Positions 29,925 to 42,083 are shown, numbered from the stretch's first letter. The stretch is 64,000 nucleotides of DNA from Candidatus Nomurabacteria bacterium (GCA_031425235.1 JANPIZ010000006.1:30803-94802), one strand, 5' to 3'. Numbers and translations: made by a program. Notes: generated by a model from the letters alone, not told the origin.

Positions 29925-32900
29925 ATGTTTGTATCTAATAAGGTGGAAAAATCATTCGAATCCGAATATGAAAAATTAAATAAAGCCCAAAAGGAGGCTG
30001 TGGATACGATCGATGGACCAGTCATGGTGGTTGCGGGTCCAGGTACGGGTAAGACTCAGATATTGGCACTACGTATCGGTAATATTCTACAAAAAGGCGC
30101 TGCATCCGCTGACAGTATTTTGTGTCTGACTTTTACTCGATCTGGAGTTAAAGCAATGAAACGGAGACTCGAGGAATATATGGGGATTGATGCAAACAAT
30201 GTACATATTTCCACATTTCATTCTTTTGCAAATGAGCTTGTTGAAAAACATTACACTCTTTTAGATTTTGAAACTATCCCAAAATTACTGGAGGACGACG
30301 AAGCTGTGTTTCTCGTAGATGAGATAATGCAAATGAATGTTTGGGACTATTTACGCCCTCGCTCAAACCCCACAATGTATTTCAACGATCTAAAGCAGCT
30401 GATTTCAGTTTTAAAGCGCGAACGGCTAACTCCAGAAGAATTTTTGTCTTGTGTTGAGAGTGATATTAAGAATCTAAAAACCAGCCCGGATAGTATATCT
30501 ACTCGTGGTGAGAGCAAAGGCAAAATAAAAAAAGAAGTTGAAAAAAAAATAGAATCTTTGAATCGCACTCGCGAAGTAGTTTCATTTTATCGAATTTATG
30601 AACAGGAAAAAAAGGAACGCGGCCTGATGGACTATGATGATGTTTTAGAATACGCGGTTCGGCTCGTAGAAGAACACGAAGACGTACGCGCTGATATATA
30701 TGAAAATTATCTGTATGTATTGGTGGACGAACATCAAGATAGTAGCGGAGTGCAAAATAATTTCTTAAAAGCCGTATGGAAGGAAACGGAGAAGCCAAAT
30801 ATTTTTGTAGTCGGGGATGACAGGCAGCTCATATATGCTTTTTCCGGTGCCAAGCTTTCATATTTTGAAGAATTTGCGAATTTTTTTGGCAAAGCCAAGC
30901 TTGTCACTTTGGTAGAGAATTATCGTTCGACACCCGCCATTCTCGCTCTTGCGGATGACTTACTAAAGAGTTCTATTACAAAGGAAAAATTACATTCGAA
31001 CACAAAAGGGCAAGAACGCATCTTACTCGAAGAGTATAGCTATCCGAGGGATGAGATCATAGGCGCTGGTCTTTATTTTAAAAATAAAATTGAAAAAGAA
31101 GAATATAAACCACAAGAATGTGCTATTTTGCTCCCAAAGAATTTTCAGGTAAGGAGTGCTATGGAAATATTAAGCAATTTAGGTTTACCTGTCTCTACGG
31201 GGAAAAGCACTTCACTTTTTAGTGCTAAAGAAACCCATTCTTTTTTACGAGTGTTAAATATTATTAATGACCCTTTTAATTCAATTCTTATTTCAGAATC
31301 CCTTTTAGATAATACGAGCGGCGTACAAACTTTCGAGGCACATAAATTTTTAAAAAATAACAAAGCTGAAAAAATCACCTTAGAGGATCTGGTAAATAGT
31401 GGAACACACGATGGGCTTTTTGCATCAGAAAACGAAATTTCTAAATGGGGGAAATCTCTAAAAGCTTGGGTGGAATCACAAAATGATAAACTATCAGCCA
31501 TAATAAGTAAAATAGGTAATGATTTTTTGATTAATAATTCTAAAAATCATGATGAGCTTTTAAGGCGAGTTGAAATAATTCGCAGCTTTATTCATTTAGC
31601 TATAATGTTTGAACAAAAAAACACGAGAGCGAGCTTGAAAGATTTTCTAGAATACTTAAAAAGACTCGAGACCTATGGGAACCATATACATATAGCTACA
31701 TTTGGCGCCGAGAAAGGCATAGCGGTGATGACTCTACATAAATCAAAAGGCTTAGAATATAAAAGTGTTTGGGTAGGGCATATGAATGAAGATGTCCTCA
31801 TGTCAGAAAAGAAGAACGGTTTTACACTGCCAGAAAAAGTAAAAGAGCATTTACACGAGCGTGATATAGAAAATGCGAAGCGAGAATTGTACGTGGCTAT
31901 AACTCGCGCTAAAGAAAATTGCGTTATTTCATATGCAGCTGAAAATTATAATGGTAGAGAAATGGATTTGGCGCAAATCATACGAGAACTTCCCGAAAAC
32001 CACTTTTTGAAAAAGAGTAAAGAAGACACTGAAGCAGAAATATTTAAGGGCAAAGAGGGTGTTAACATATTTACGTCTTTTCAAAAAGTAAAAGAAAGTG
32101 AGACATTAGAAGAGATTAAAAATTTCGTAAAAGATAACTATAAAGATAATAAAGTTTCTGTATCTCTTCTTAATAATTTTTTTGAATGTCCCTGGAAATG
32201 GTATTTTAGAAATTTTTTGAGATTACCAGAAATAAAGGGGGCTTCACTCGCACTTGGTTCAGCGGTGCACTCTACCATAGAATTTATTTTAAAGAGTAAA
32301 TCAATACCACAAGAGTCGGAGATACAAGACAAGATACTTTTTGAACTTACACGAGAGGGACTTCAAGAAGAGAAAGAACTAAAAATAATTTCCAAAGAAG
32401 CAAAAAATGCTGTCAATAATTGGATCAATAATTATTATAAAAATATTGAATCCAACTATAATTCGGAGAGATCTATCCAGTTTAGAGACCCGCACTACAA
32501 AGATCTTCTTATGTACGGCAAAATAGACCTCACCGAGAGGAGTCCTGATGGAGATATAACAATCACTGATTTTAAAACAGGGAGACCTCGGACAAAAGGA
32601 GAGATAGAAAAAATAGGTGAAGATGGCAGACTGTCTGGATATATGCGCCAGCTCGCTATGTATTCGTATTTAGTAGCAGGGGTCGAAGGAGGTAAAAAGG
32701 TTTTTCTATCTAAACTTCTTTTCTTAGAAGTAGATCCTAAAGATAAAAATTCTATGTACTCTACGTTTATAGAAAGTGAAAAAATAGATTTATTAAAAAA
32801 AGATATTGGAGACTATGTGGAGAATTTGGAAAATGGAAAATGGGCAAACCTAGAGTGCCATTATAAATCCTGGGGAAGCGGCAAAGATGAATGTGAATAT

Positions 32901-32927
32901 TGCGCTCTTGCGAAGAGGATTATTTAG
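29925..32927 (+). CDS. UvrD/PcrA-family SF1 helicase fused to C-terminal RecB/Cas4-like PD-(D/E)xK nuclease with Cys cluster
   Basis: Walker A AGPGTGKTQ, motif II VLVDEHQD, UvrD motifs; C-terminal …YGKIDLTERSPDGDITITDFKTG… plus CHYKSWGSGKDECEYC. Confidence 0.8.
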   Translation: MFVSNKVEKSFESEYEKLNKAQKEAVDTIDGPVMVVAGPGTGKTQILALRIGNILQKGAASADSILCLTFTRSGVKAMKRRLEEYMGIDANNVHISTFHSFANELVEKHYTLLDFETIPKLLEDDEAVFLVDEIMQMNVWDYLRPRSNPTMYFNDLKQLISVLKRERLTPEEFLSCVESDIKNLKTSPDSISTRGESKGKIKKEVEKKIESLNRTREVVSFYRIYEQEKKERGLMDYDDVLEYAVRLVEEHEDVRADIYENYLYVLVDEHQDSSGVQNNFLKAVWKETEKPNIFVVGDDRQLIYAFSGAKLSYFEEFANFFGKAKLVTLVENYRSTPAILALADDLLKSSITKEKLHSNTKGQERILLEEYSYPRDEIIGAGLYFKNKIEKEEYKPQECAILLPKNFQVRSAMEILSNLGLPVSTGKSTSLFSAKETHSFLRVLNIINDPFNSILISESLLDNTSGVQTFEAHKFLKNNKAEKITLEDLVNSGTHDGLFASENEISKWGKSLKAWVESQNDKLSAIISKIGNDFLINNSKNHDELLRRVEIIRSFIHLAIMFEQKNTRASLKDFLEYLKRLETYGNHIHIATFGAEKGIAVMTLHKSKGLEYKSVWVGHMNEDVLMSEKKNGFTLPEKVKEHLHERDIENAKRELYVAITRAKENCVISYAAENYNGREMDLAQIIRELPENHFLKKSKEDTEAEIFKGKEGVNIFTSFQKVKESETLEEIKNFVKDNYKDNKVSVSLLNNFFECPWKWYFRNFLRLPEIKGASLALGSAVHSTIEFILKSKSIPQESEIQDKILFELTREGLQEEKELKIISKEAKNAVNNWINNYYKNIESNYNSERSIQFRDPHYKDLLMYGKIDLTERSPDGDITITDFKTGRPRTKGEIEKIGEDGRLSGYMRQLAMYSYLVAGVEGGKKVFLSKLLFLEVDPKDKNSMYSTFIESEKIDLLKKDIGDYVENLENGKWANLECHYKSWGSGKDECEYCALAKRII

Positions 32928-33085
32928 AAACTCCTCGGTCCATTGTCGAGCCAGCCGAGATAAAAACCTATAGAAGCCAGAATTATGATTATAATGATTA
33001 AAAACCAGTCTATCTTTTTCATTCCTAAACTATAGCACAATATTTTTTGCTTGTAATTTTGCCTTTTTGCCGCTAAGATAGTTTT

Positions 33086-34048
33086 ATGACAACTGAGCAA
33101 TATCAAATAATTCTTTTTTATAAATATGTGCATCTCGATGACCCAGAGGCAGTTAAGATGTGGCAAAAGGAATTATGCATGCGGCTCGGAATGACAGGTA
33201 GGTGTATCGTTGCAAGCGAAGGAATTAATGCAACCTATGAGGGTACGAAGGAAAATATAAGGCAGTATATAAAAGAACTACAAAAGAACTCTAAATTTAA
33301 AGATATCCATTTTAAATTGAGCGATGGTACAGGGAATGCCTTTCCAAAACTTTCCGTAAAAGTTCGCAACGAAATTGTGTCGCTCAATTTAGGTACGTGT
33401 GATATCGACCCAAATGAAATCACTGGCATACATTTGAAACCAAAAGAGCTGCACGAGTGGATACAAAACAAAAAAGAATTTTATATAGTTGATATGCGAA
33501 ATGCCTACGAACACAAGATAGGGCATTTTGAAGGTTCCATTTTACCGCCGATCGAAAATTTTCGTGATTTACCAAAAGTTGTCGAGCAGATAAAACATTT
33601 AAAAAATAAAACCGTGCTTACTGTGTGTACCGGCGGAGTACGTTGTGAAAAAGCATCCGGATTTTTGATCACTCAAGGATTTACAGATGTGTATCAGCTC
33701 GACGGCGGCATTGTCAGCTACATGGAACGCTACCCAAATGAAGACTTCAAGGGTAAGCTCTATGTGTTTGATGGACGAGTAGCTATGGGTTTTTACACAG
33801 ATGATGCAAAGCATAAAATAGTCGGCAAATGCGATGCCTGCAAAGAGCCATCAGAAAATTACGTAAATTGTTCAAATCCAGTGTGCCACAGGCATTTCAT
33901 TTGTTGTGAGAAATGTTTAAAAAATGAAGGTAAACCTGCCCGCAATGCTTCTAGCATAGCTAGTGCAGGCGGGGCTTTTTGCATAGGTGGATGCGTGCTT
34001 TCAAGACACGGACGAAAAATTAGCCCCCTCGAGGTGAATTTGGTATAG
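33086..34048 (+). CDS. trhO: rhodanese-domain tRNA U34 hydroxylase TrhO (YceA/UPF0176)
   Basis: N-terminal MTTEQYQIILFYKY…, rhodanese active-site Cys region (VLTVCTGGVRCEKAS), C-terminal Cys cluster; contains one 39-bp repeat insertion. Confidence 0.75.
   Translation: MTTEQYQIILFYKYVHLDDPEAVKMWQKELCMRLGMTGRCIVASEGINATYEGTKENIRQYIKELQKNSKFKDIHFKLSDGTGNAFPKLSVKVRNEIVSLNLGTCDIDPNEITGIHLKPKELHEWIQNKKEFYIVDMRNAYEHKIGHFEGSILPPIENFRDLPKVVEQIKHLKNKTVLTVCTGGVRCEKASGFLITQGFTDVYQLDGGIVSYMERYPNEDFKGKLYVFDGRVAMGFYTDDAKHKIVGKCDACKEPSENYVNCSNPVCHRHFICCEKCLKNEGKPARNASSIASAGGAFCIGGCVLSRHGRKISPLEVNLV
33935..33973. repeat. 39-bp in-frame palindromic repeat copy A (encodes [13 protein letters not shown]) inside trhO
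   Basis: CCTGCCCGCAATGCTTCTAGCATAGCTAGTGCAGGCGGG. Confidence 0.95.
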
Positions 34049-34078
34049 TTATGTATTATAAGTTTATATTTTTATTAT

Positions 34079-34333
34079 ATGGCAGAAATAGAAATACATG
34101 GTAAAAAAGTAAAATATGATGAAAGCAGCGACTCAACAAAGTACGCTGTTAAGTATTTACAAAGATTAGATAGTAGTGAAGCTAAAAATTATTTTAAAAC
34201 TGCAGAGAGAGATAAATACTCACGATTTGAGACACCAGACAAGCCTGGGGATAGTAGTATAGAGCATAATATGACTTTAGAATATGATGCGAGCGAAGGG
34301 GAGTATAATCTTAGAAAAAGAACACGACGCTAA
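34079..34333 (+). CDS. hypothetical protein
   Basis: 84-aa ORF. Confidence 0.35.
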   Translation: MAEIEIHGKKVKYDESSDSTKYAVKYLQRLDSSEAKNYFKTAERDKYSRFETPDKPGDSSIEHNMTLEYDASEGEYNLRKRTRR

Positions 34334-34376
34334 TTAAATTAAAATTCTTATTAATAATTAAATATTAAATAATATT

Positions 34377-34610
34377 ATGTCAGACGAAAAGGAGGTAAAA
34401 TTAAAAATTGGAGAGCATGAGATTAATCAAGACCATCATCCTCATGCGTATGCTGCAATAAAAGGGATGAGTGAGACTATGCGAGAACAACTATTTCACA
34501 ATGCTCACAATTCAGGACACGGCGGTATTTTTAACGTACACATAAACGGAAAAAATTTTGAATATAGATTATCAAAAAATGGAGAAATTCACCAGGCACA
34601 CCATAATTAA
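34377..34610 (+). CDS. hypothetical His-rich protein
   Basis: 77-aa ORF; GGAGG RBS-like sequence upstream. Confidence 0.4.
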   Translation: MSDEKEVKLKIGEHEINQDHHPHAYAAIKGMSETMREQLFHNAHNSGHGGIFNVHINGKNFEYRLSKNGEIHQAHHN

Positions 34611-35308
34611 TGAAAGAAGAAAATAAAAAGGGAACAATGCATCCGCTTTCAATAGTAACAAGCCAGCTTGTTGATATTTTTATTGATCTTGGTTTTGAAA
34701 TTGCCCTAGGTCCAGAAATTGCAACTGAGTATGACAACTTTGATTCCTTGAATGTTCCAAAAGATCATCCTGCTCGAGACATGCAAGACACTTTTTGGTT
34801 AAAAGATTCACCAGGAAAAGTATTGAGAACCCATATTAGTTCAATGCAAGTACCGTATATGAAAAATAATAAACCTCCATTCAAGATGATTTCTCCTGGC
34901 AAGGTCTTTCGAAACGAAGCTACTGATTCTACACACGAGATGCAATATAATTATATGGAAGGATTAGTAGTTGCGGAAGGTCTTTCTGTGTCACATTTAA
35001 AAGGTATTTTACTTGAATTTTTAAAAAGATTTTTTGGTGACAGTGCAGATATAAGGCTGCGTCCCAGTTTTTTTCCTTTCGTGGAACCGGGATTTGAGAT
35101 TGATGTATGGACGGGTAAAAAATGGATAGAAATATTAGGTGCAGGTATGGTTCATCCAAAAGTTTTAGAAAACGGGGGAATAGACCCAAAGAAATTCAGT
35201 GGTTTTGCGTTCGGGATGGGAATAGATAGAATTATGCTTTTAAAGTATGAAATTCCAGATGTGCGACTTTCTTATCAAGGAGATTTACGCCTTAATCAAT
35301 TCAACTAA
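34610..35308 (+). CDS. pheS: phenylalanine--tRNA ligase alpha subunit (short form)
   Basis: Class II aaRS motifs: FRNEATDSTHE (motif 2 region), GAGMVHP…GFAFGMGIDRIMLL (motif 3). Confidence 0.9.
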   Translation: MKEENKKGTMHPLSIVTSQLVDIFIDLGFEIALGPEIATEYDNFDSLNVPKDHPARDMQDTFWLKDSPGKVLRTHISSMQVPYMKNNKPPFKMISPGKVFRNEATDSTHEMQYNYMEGLVVAEGLSVSHLKGILLEFLKRFFGDSADIRLRPSFFPFVEPGFEIDVWTGKKWIEILGAGMVHPKVLENGGIDPKKFSGFAFGMGIDRIMLLKYEIPDVRLSYQGDLRLNQFN

Positions 35309-35317
35309 AATATCAGC

Positions 35318-37273
35318 ATGAAAATTTCTTATAATTGGCTCAAATGGTATATTCCCGATGCACCCGATGCAGAAAAACTTGTAGATATTTTGACATTCCA
35401 TGTGTGTGAAGTAGACGGTCTAGAAAATTTGCCCAATGGAGATGTTGTGCTTGATTTAAAAATCTTACCAGATCGCGCACATGATCTACTTTCGCATCAA
35501 GGAATAGCTCGGGAGCTTGCTTCACTTTTAAATATAAATTTTGTAGATCCCCGTCCGAACGGAGATTCATCCGGGCGGGCAACGCCAAAATACAAAATCC
35601 CCGAATCCAAACCCACAAATTTAAAAATAAATATTTTAACAAATAAAGACCGCAGACATGTGGGCAGAATAGTTCGTAATGTAAAAGTCGGACCCTCACC
35701 AGAATGGGTGGTGAAGCATCTCGCATCAATAGGACAGAGAAGCATAAACAACATAGTAGACGCTACAAATATAACCATGTTTGATTGCGGGCAGCCGACA
35801 CATGCTTTTGATTTAAACAAAGTTGAAGGTGTGGAGCTAAATATTCGAGATGCAAAGGCTGGAGAAAAAGTGACTTTGCTTACTGGAGAAGAAAAAGAAT
35901 TGAAAGAAGGAATGATAGCTATATGTGATGGAGCAGGAAATATACTCGATACTGGTATAAAAGGGGGCAAACACGCAGAGATAACTACGAGCACAACTGA
36001 CCTTATCTTAGAAGCAGATAATTTTGACCCAGTCTTTGCAAGGAAAACTGGGCAGGCTTTGAATATCGTTACAGATGCAAGAAAACGTTTTGAAAATGAT
36101 TTATCACCAGAGCTTGCACCATTTGCGATGATGGAGCTCTCGGCTCTTATAGCCGAGATGTGCCCTGAAGCAACCTTTGAGGAAATTGTAGATACCTATC
36201 CACAAAAACAAAAGGAGCAAAAACTTAAATTTTCACTTGCAAAAATATCAAAGATTTTAGGGCTCGAGGTTTCTGTGATTGAAGTAGGAAATATTTTGGA
36301 GAGATATAAAATTGGATACAAGAATGAGGGCGATGAATTTGAAATCGTTGTGCCTCCTATGCGCCTCGACCTAAACATCGAAGAAGACATGGCTGAAGAG
36401 ATGGGGAGAATTTTAGGATATGATCGAATACTGGGAACAATACCAAAAGTACCTGCCCGCAATGCCTCTAGCATAGCTAGTGCAGGCGGGAATGAAACAT
36501 ATGCCAAAATTAGAGCTGCCAGAGCTAAATTAATAGAGGATGGCTATAGCGAAGTCATGACGTATGTATTTTGCGACAAAGGGGAAGTGGAAGTGATGCA
36601 AAGTGCTTCTGATAAAAAATTCCTGAGGACAAATTTGAGCGATGGTATAAAGGAAAGTTTGAAGTTAAATAAACTAAATGCTCCATTTTTAGGATTGAGT
36701 GATGTGAAAATTTTTGAAATCGGCACTGTGTTTTTGAAAGACAAGCCTGCCCGCAATGTCTCTAGCATAGCTAGTGCAGGCGGGGAAGAAATGCGAGTGT
36801 GCTACGCCAATAAAAAAGAAGTAAAAGAAATGACCTTAGAGGAATACTGCAAAGCCGAGCCTGATGCTTTTACTCAGGTCCTCGGTTCCCCGGGGGCCCA
36901 ACCCCGGCCAGACCATGAGCAAAAGCACACAGGCTCGGCTTCTGAAAAATTCAACATGTGGTCATTGTTTCCATTTATCGCGCGCGATGTAGCGCTATGG
37001 GTACCTGCCCGCAATGCCTCTAGCATAGCTAGTGCAGGCGGGCCTGAGGGAGTCTCGAGTGGGGAAGTGCTCGAGATCATAAAAAGTGTTTCCTCCCCAC
37101 TTATTGTCCGAGGCCCAGAGCTTTTTGATGAATTCAAGAAAGATGGCAAGATTTCGTATGCGTTTAGGCTGGTTTTCCAGTCGTATGAGCGTACTCTGAC
37201 TGACACAGAGGTAAATGAAGTAATTGCTCAAATATCCAATAAAATAAAGGAAAAAGGCTGGGAAGTTCGATAA
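35318..37273 (+). CDS. pheT: phenylalanine--tRNA ligase beta subunit (short form, carries three 39-bp repeat insertions)
   Basis: N-terminal MKISYNWLKWYIPDAP…, B3/B4 and FDX-ACB-like C-terminus; follows pheS. Confidence 0.85.
   Translation: MKISYNWLKWYIPDAPDAEKLVDILTFHVCEVDGLENLPNGDVVLDLKILPDRAHDLLSHQGIARELASLLNINFVDPRPNGDSSGRATPKYKIPESKPTNLKINILTNKDRRHVGRIVRNVKVGPSPEWVVKHLASIGQRSINNIVDATNITMFDCGQPTHAFDLNKVEGVELNIRDAKAGEKVTLLTGEEKELKEGMIAICDGAGNILDTGIKGGKHAEITTSTTDLILEADNFDPVFARKTGQALNIVTDARKRFENDLSPELAPFAMMELSALIAEMCPEATFEEIVDTYPQKQKEQKLKFSLAKISKILGLEVSVIEVGNILERYKIGYKNEGDEFEIVVPPMRLDLNIEEDMAEEMGRILGYDRILGTIPKVPARNASSIASAGGNETYAKIRAARAKLIEDGYSEVMTYVFCDKGEVEVMQSASDKKFLRTNLSDGIKESLKLNKLNAPFLGLSDVKIFEIGTVFLKDKPARNVSSIASAGGEEMRVCYANKKEVKEMTLEEYCKAEPDAFTQVLGSPGAQPRPDHEQKHTGSASEKFNMWSLFPFIARDVALWVPARNASSIASAGGPEGVSSGEVLEIIKSVSSPLIVRGPELFDEFKKDGKISYAFRLVFQSYERTLTDTEVNEVIAQISNKIKEKGWEVR
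36452..36490. repeat. 39-bp in-frame palindromic repeat copy B inside pheT
   Basis: CCTGCCCGCAATGCCTCTAGCATAGCTAGTGCAGGCGGG ([13 protein letters not shown]). Confidence 0.95.
36746..36784. repeat. 39-bp in-frame palindromic repeat copy C inside pheT
   Basis: CCTGCCCGCAATGTCTCTAGCATAGCTAGTGCAGGCGGG (PARNVSSIASAGG). Confidence 0.95.
37004..37042. repeat. 39-bp in-frame palindromic repeat copy D inside pheT
   Basis: CCTGCCCGCAATGCCTCTAGCATAGCTAGTGCAGGCGGG ([13 protein letters not shown]). Confidence 0.95.
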
Positions 37274-37336
37274 ATAAGTAACCGCTTTACATATATTTTC
37301 TATATGTTATAATAGATAGGTAAGCAAATAAAAGCT

Positions 37337-37392
37337 AATTTCCTTGCTCCGTAAGGAAATTAAGACCTTCAACCGAAGGCCTATTTTATTTG
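37337..37392 (+). terminator. tandem hairpins/terminator after pheT
   Basis: AATTTCCTT-GCTCCGT-AAGGAAATT then CCTTC-AACC-GAAGG followed by CTATTTTATTT. Confidence 0.55.
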
Positions 37393-37606
37393 TATTAGTT
37401 CTTAATTATTTTGTTTTCTGGAGGTGTTTTTTGAAAGATAGGTATGAAGAAGAAGATCTTCGTAAATATAAGGAGTACGAAGAGGTAAAGAGAGGAGCTG
37501 GTGGGAAAGAGAATAATCTCGGAGAGGAAGAAAGTTTTCCCTCAGGATATGATTCTCGTTACGAAAAAAAAAGGGCTAATTTTTCTGCACCAAGGAGAGT
37601 TACATA

Positions 37607-37759
37607 ATGTCTCAAGAAGGTCAAAAAAAAGCGAGGGATTCAAAACCCCCGCAGCCAAACGAGGCTCCGAAGCCTAAAGAAAAAAAATCGGAAGAATATC
37701 ATCACTATTCTGAAGGCTCTAGCGGAGCCTATGAAAAGTGGGGTGCTCCTATTTTATAG
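37607..37759 (+). CDS. small charged protein (50 aa)
   Basis: AAGGAGAG RBS 7 nt upstream of ATG; TAATG overlap with preceding 87-aa ORF (37344-37607, doubtful); followed by terminator at 37801. Confidence 0.35.
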   Translation: MSQEGQKKARDSKPPQPNEAPKPKEKKSEEYHHYSEGSSGAYEKWGAPIL

Positions 37760-37800
37760 GGGCAAAATCGAACAAGGGAAGGAAAATCAATCAAGGTTAA

Positions 37801-37835
37801 AAGCTGAAGCGCAACAAAACGCTTCAGCTTTTTCT
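37801..37835 (+). terminator. rho-independent terminator
   Basis: AAGCTGAAGCG-CAACAAAA-CGCTTCAGCTT + TTTTCT. Confidence 0.65.
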
Positions 37836-37843
37836 ACTTCTAC

Positions 37844-37852
37844 TTATCCACA
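37844..37852 (+). promoter_or_regulatory. perfect DnaA box (TTATCCACA) in long low-coding region upstream of gyrB
   Basis: Exact consensus 9-mer. Confidence 0.4.
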
Positions 37853-37903
37853 GTAGGCTTTACATATATTTGATACATGATAATATAAAAATATGACATT
37901 ACA

Positions 37904-38039
37904 GGTAAGGAAAAATTATTTCTTTAAGCAACTCATTTGTCCTTCAACCCTTAGAAGGCTGATATTTGCGCTGTAAAAACTCTCAAAAACTTACAACCCA
38001 AACACCAGCCTTCTAACGAAGAAGTCTGGTGTTCTTTTT
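37904..38039 (+). ncRNA. candidate small RNA or cis-regulatory leader (promoter-like TTGATA…, ~130 nt, intrinsic terminator)
   Basis: TTGATA at 37869-74 with weak -10; no ORF; ACACCAG-(17)-CTGGTGT hairpin + CTTTTTAT at 38001-38039; ~100 nt upstream of hypothetical gene. Confidence 0.3.
38001..38039 (+). terminator. rho-independent terminator
   Basis: ACACCAG…CTGGTGT stem followed by TCTTTTTAT. Confidence 0.6.
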
Positions 38040-38143
38040 ATGAGGGTTTTGATTTTTAAACCCTTCGTTCTTTGGCACCCTTGGTTTATTTACAACCAAG
38101 TTTACCCATATTGGAAAATATGGGACTTTCTCGGAGGAGAAAA

Positions 38144-38398
38144 ATGCAAAAAAATAACTTATCTGATGACTCCGACTTTGAAAAAACTTTAGAAGACTGG
38201 GACCGCTTTCGCGACACCCCCGGTGATTTAAAGCCTAAAATTCGGGAATTCTATTCATCAACTGATGCAAAAGTTGATGACTTACGTAACAACTTTCCTG
38301 TAATTGTGGAAACACAAGAAAAAGAGAAAAAACCGAAACGTCACCGAGGCGATCTTCGATCCAACAACTCTCGTTTTGTGAGAGGCGCTACTGGGTAA
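38144..38398 (+). CDS. hypothetical charged protein
   Basis: GGAGGAG RBS at 38133-39; ATG 38144 (ORF caller extended to TTG 38072). Confidence 0.4.
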   Translation: MQKNNLSDDSDFEKTLEDWDRFRDTPGDLKPKIREFYSSTDAKVDDLRNNFPVIVETQEKEKKPKRHRGDLRSNNSRFVRGATG

Positions 38399-38443
38399 GA
38401 AGCAAAAAATCAAAAAAGAGAAAAATCGAATAAGGGAATAATT

Positions 38444-38485
38444 TTGGGGCGGTGTTTTACACTTAGCCCCAATTCTTATTTTATA
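38444..38485 (+). terminator. rho-independent terminator
   Basis: TTGGGGC-(loop)-GCCCCAA followed by TTCTTATTTTA. Confidence 0.55.
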
Positions 38486-38597
38486 CATAAAACTCTCAAA
38501 TTTAAGCGTGGTTTTCACTAGTAAATAGATAATATTTCTGCTACCCTGTAGTAGATTTTGCTAAGGCAAATTAAGGATAATTTGCGAATTTATTCAT

Positions 38598-40733
<2,136 letters not shown>

Positions 40734-40764
40734 TTTATTATTTAGTCTACTTTTAAAACTAAAA

Positions 40765-41376
40765 CTATATAATTTCACCTTTTCTCGATCTTATTATTTT
40801 AAGATTCTTAGGATCCTGACCCAAAAACTTTGCCAACTCTCTTCTTCCTCGAGACACCCACGTTTTTGCTGTTGATTCTGGAATGTTCAGTTCTGTTGCT
40901 GATTCTCTAGGTGATAATCCCCGGAAGTCTCTTGTAAGGGCTTCTTGGTAATTTTCGGGCAATTTTTTAAATGCTTCCATGAAAATTTCCTTTCTTTCTT
41001 TTTCTATTATGAGATCTTCAGCACTTTGTCCTTTCTCAGCAATATCAAAGTGATCTTCTATATTTTCTGTACCTCTTCCGACAAGATCTCTGTTAGCTTT
41101 TCTAAGATAGTCAACAACAGTGTGTCTTGCTATGCTTGCTAGCCAAGTATGTAAGTTTGATTTATTTTGATCATAATTTGTTGCACTTGTATAAGCTTTA
41201 AAAAGTGACTCATTCGCAAGATCTTCCGCTGCAGAAATTTTATTTGTGCCACCAAGCATTTTGTTACATATTTTAAGTATAAAAGTTCCTTCCGTTAAAA
41301 TTTGTGCTTTTATTTTTTCCAGATCCTTATCTTTTGATGTTTCAGTCTTTTGTTTGTTTCTATTAAATCCTTCCAT
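40765..41376 (-). CDS. ECF (sigma-24 family) RNA polymerase sigma factor
   Basis: Region 2 (…WLASIARHTVVDYLRK…) and region 4 (LPENYQEALTRDFRGLSPRESATELNIPESTAKTWVSRGRREL). Confidence 0.75.
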   Translation of the reverse strand: MEGFNRNKQKTETSKDKDLEKIKAQILTEGTFILKICNKMLGGTNKISAAEDLANESLFKAYTSATNYDQNKSNLHTWLASIARHTVVDYLRKANRDLVGRGTENIEDHFDIAEKGQSAEDLIIEKERKEIFMEAFKKLPENYQEALTRDFRGLSPRESATELNIPESTAKTWVSRGRRELAKFLGQDPKNLKIIRSRKGEII

Positions 41377-41432
41377 AATTTATTTTTACTTTTAATTTCT
41401 TATAAAATTTTTTACAGCAAATCTTCCTTAAT

Positions 41433-41849
41433 TTATATTTCTTTAAAACTATCTCCAGCCCATTTTCCAATACCGAGACTTAGGAATATTGACAGTACTA
41501 AAAAATAAACTAAAGAGACAACCCATTCATTTGCATTGATATTGTGTGAGTATAATATACCCGGAATCCAACTAGCGCTTCCCCAAGCATGACCTACAAA
41601 TGCAAAAATGCCTAAAGGCAAAGAATATTTACTTGGAAGTTTGAATAATAAGAAAGCCAAGATGCTTATATACACAATGGATCCTATGATAAAAATTATT
41701 GGTCCGTGCCCGAGTAGTGTAATCAAAGCAGCTTCGTTGGACTTAGCGTAATTTTGCCAGTATTCTGACGGTTGCCCAAGCAATGTAACTATGTGATCAA
41801 TTACATTTGGTAATAAAACTGCGATGACAAATATACTTTTTGATTTCAT
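41433..41849 (-). CDS. integral membrane protein (possible anti-sigma/partner)
   Basis: 138 aa, 4 predicted TM helices. Confidence 0.4.
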   Translation of the reverse strand: MKSKSIFVIAVLLPNVIDHIVTLLGQPSEYWQNYAKSNEAALITLLGHGPIIFIIGSIVYISILAFLLFKLPSKYSLPLGIFAFVGHAWGSASWIPGILYSHNINANEWVVSLVYFLVLSIFLSLGIGKWAGDSFKEI

Positions 41850-41863
41850 TTTATCAATAAATA

Positions 41864-42067
41864 TTAAACTTGTTGGGCAGGTCTTCTCGGTACAATTATT
41901 GCAGCAATAAGATAACCAACCAGAGCAGGGAAGAATGCTGTCAGTATAGCTAATAGTATATAAGCCAATCTTAATACCGTTGGGTCTGTGTCGTAATATT
42001 CACCTATTCCGCCGATTACTCCAAAGAATACTTTATTTGTATCGCTTTTATATAATGTTTTTTTCAT
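41864..42067 (-). CDS. PspC-domain small membrane protein
   Basis: LYKSDTNKVFFGVIGGIGEYYDTDPTVLRLAYILLAIL matches PspC domain. Confidence 0.65.
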   Translation of the reverse strand: MKKTLYKSDTNKVFFGVIGGIGEYYDTDPTVLRLAYILLAILTAFFPALVGYLIAAIIVPRRPAQQV

Positions 42068-42083
42068 AGATTATTTTTTATTT

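Noticed and set aside
36196-37206. Minus-strand ORFs sharing the peptide …[13 protein letters not shown]… (36196-36507, 36874-37206), and 40367-40663 with …[12 protein letters not shown]…
   Set aside because: These are reverse-complement readings of the 39-bp repeat copies inside pheT and gyrB. They are antisense to strongly supported genes, so they are spurious rather than a gene family.
37344-37607. 87-aa ORF starting inside the pheT terminator hairpin
   Set aside because: The start codon lies within the terminator stem and there is no RBS. It is kept only as doubtful context for the TAATG-coupled 50-aa ORF.
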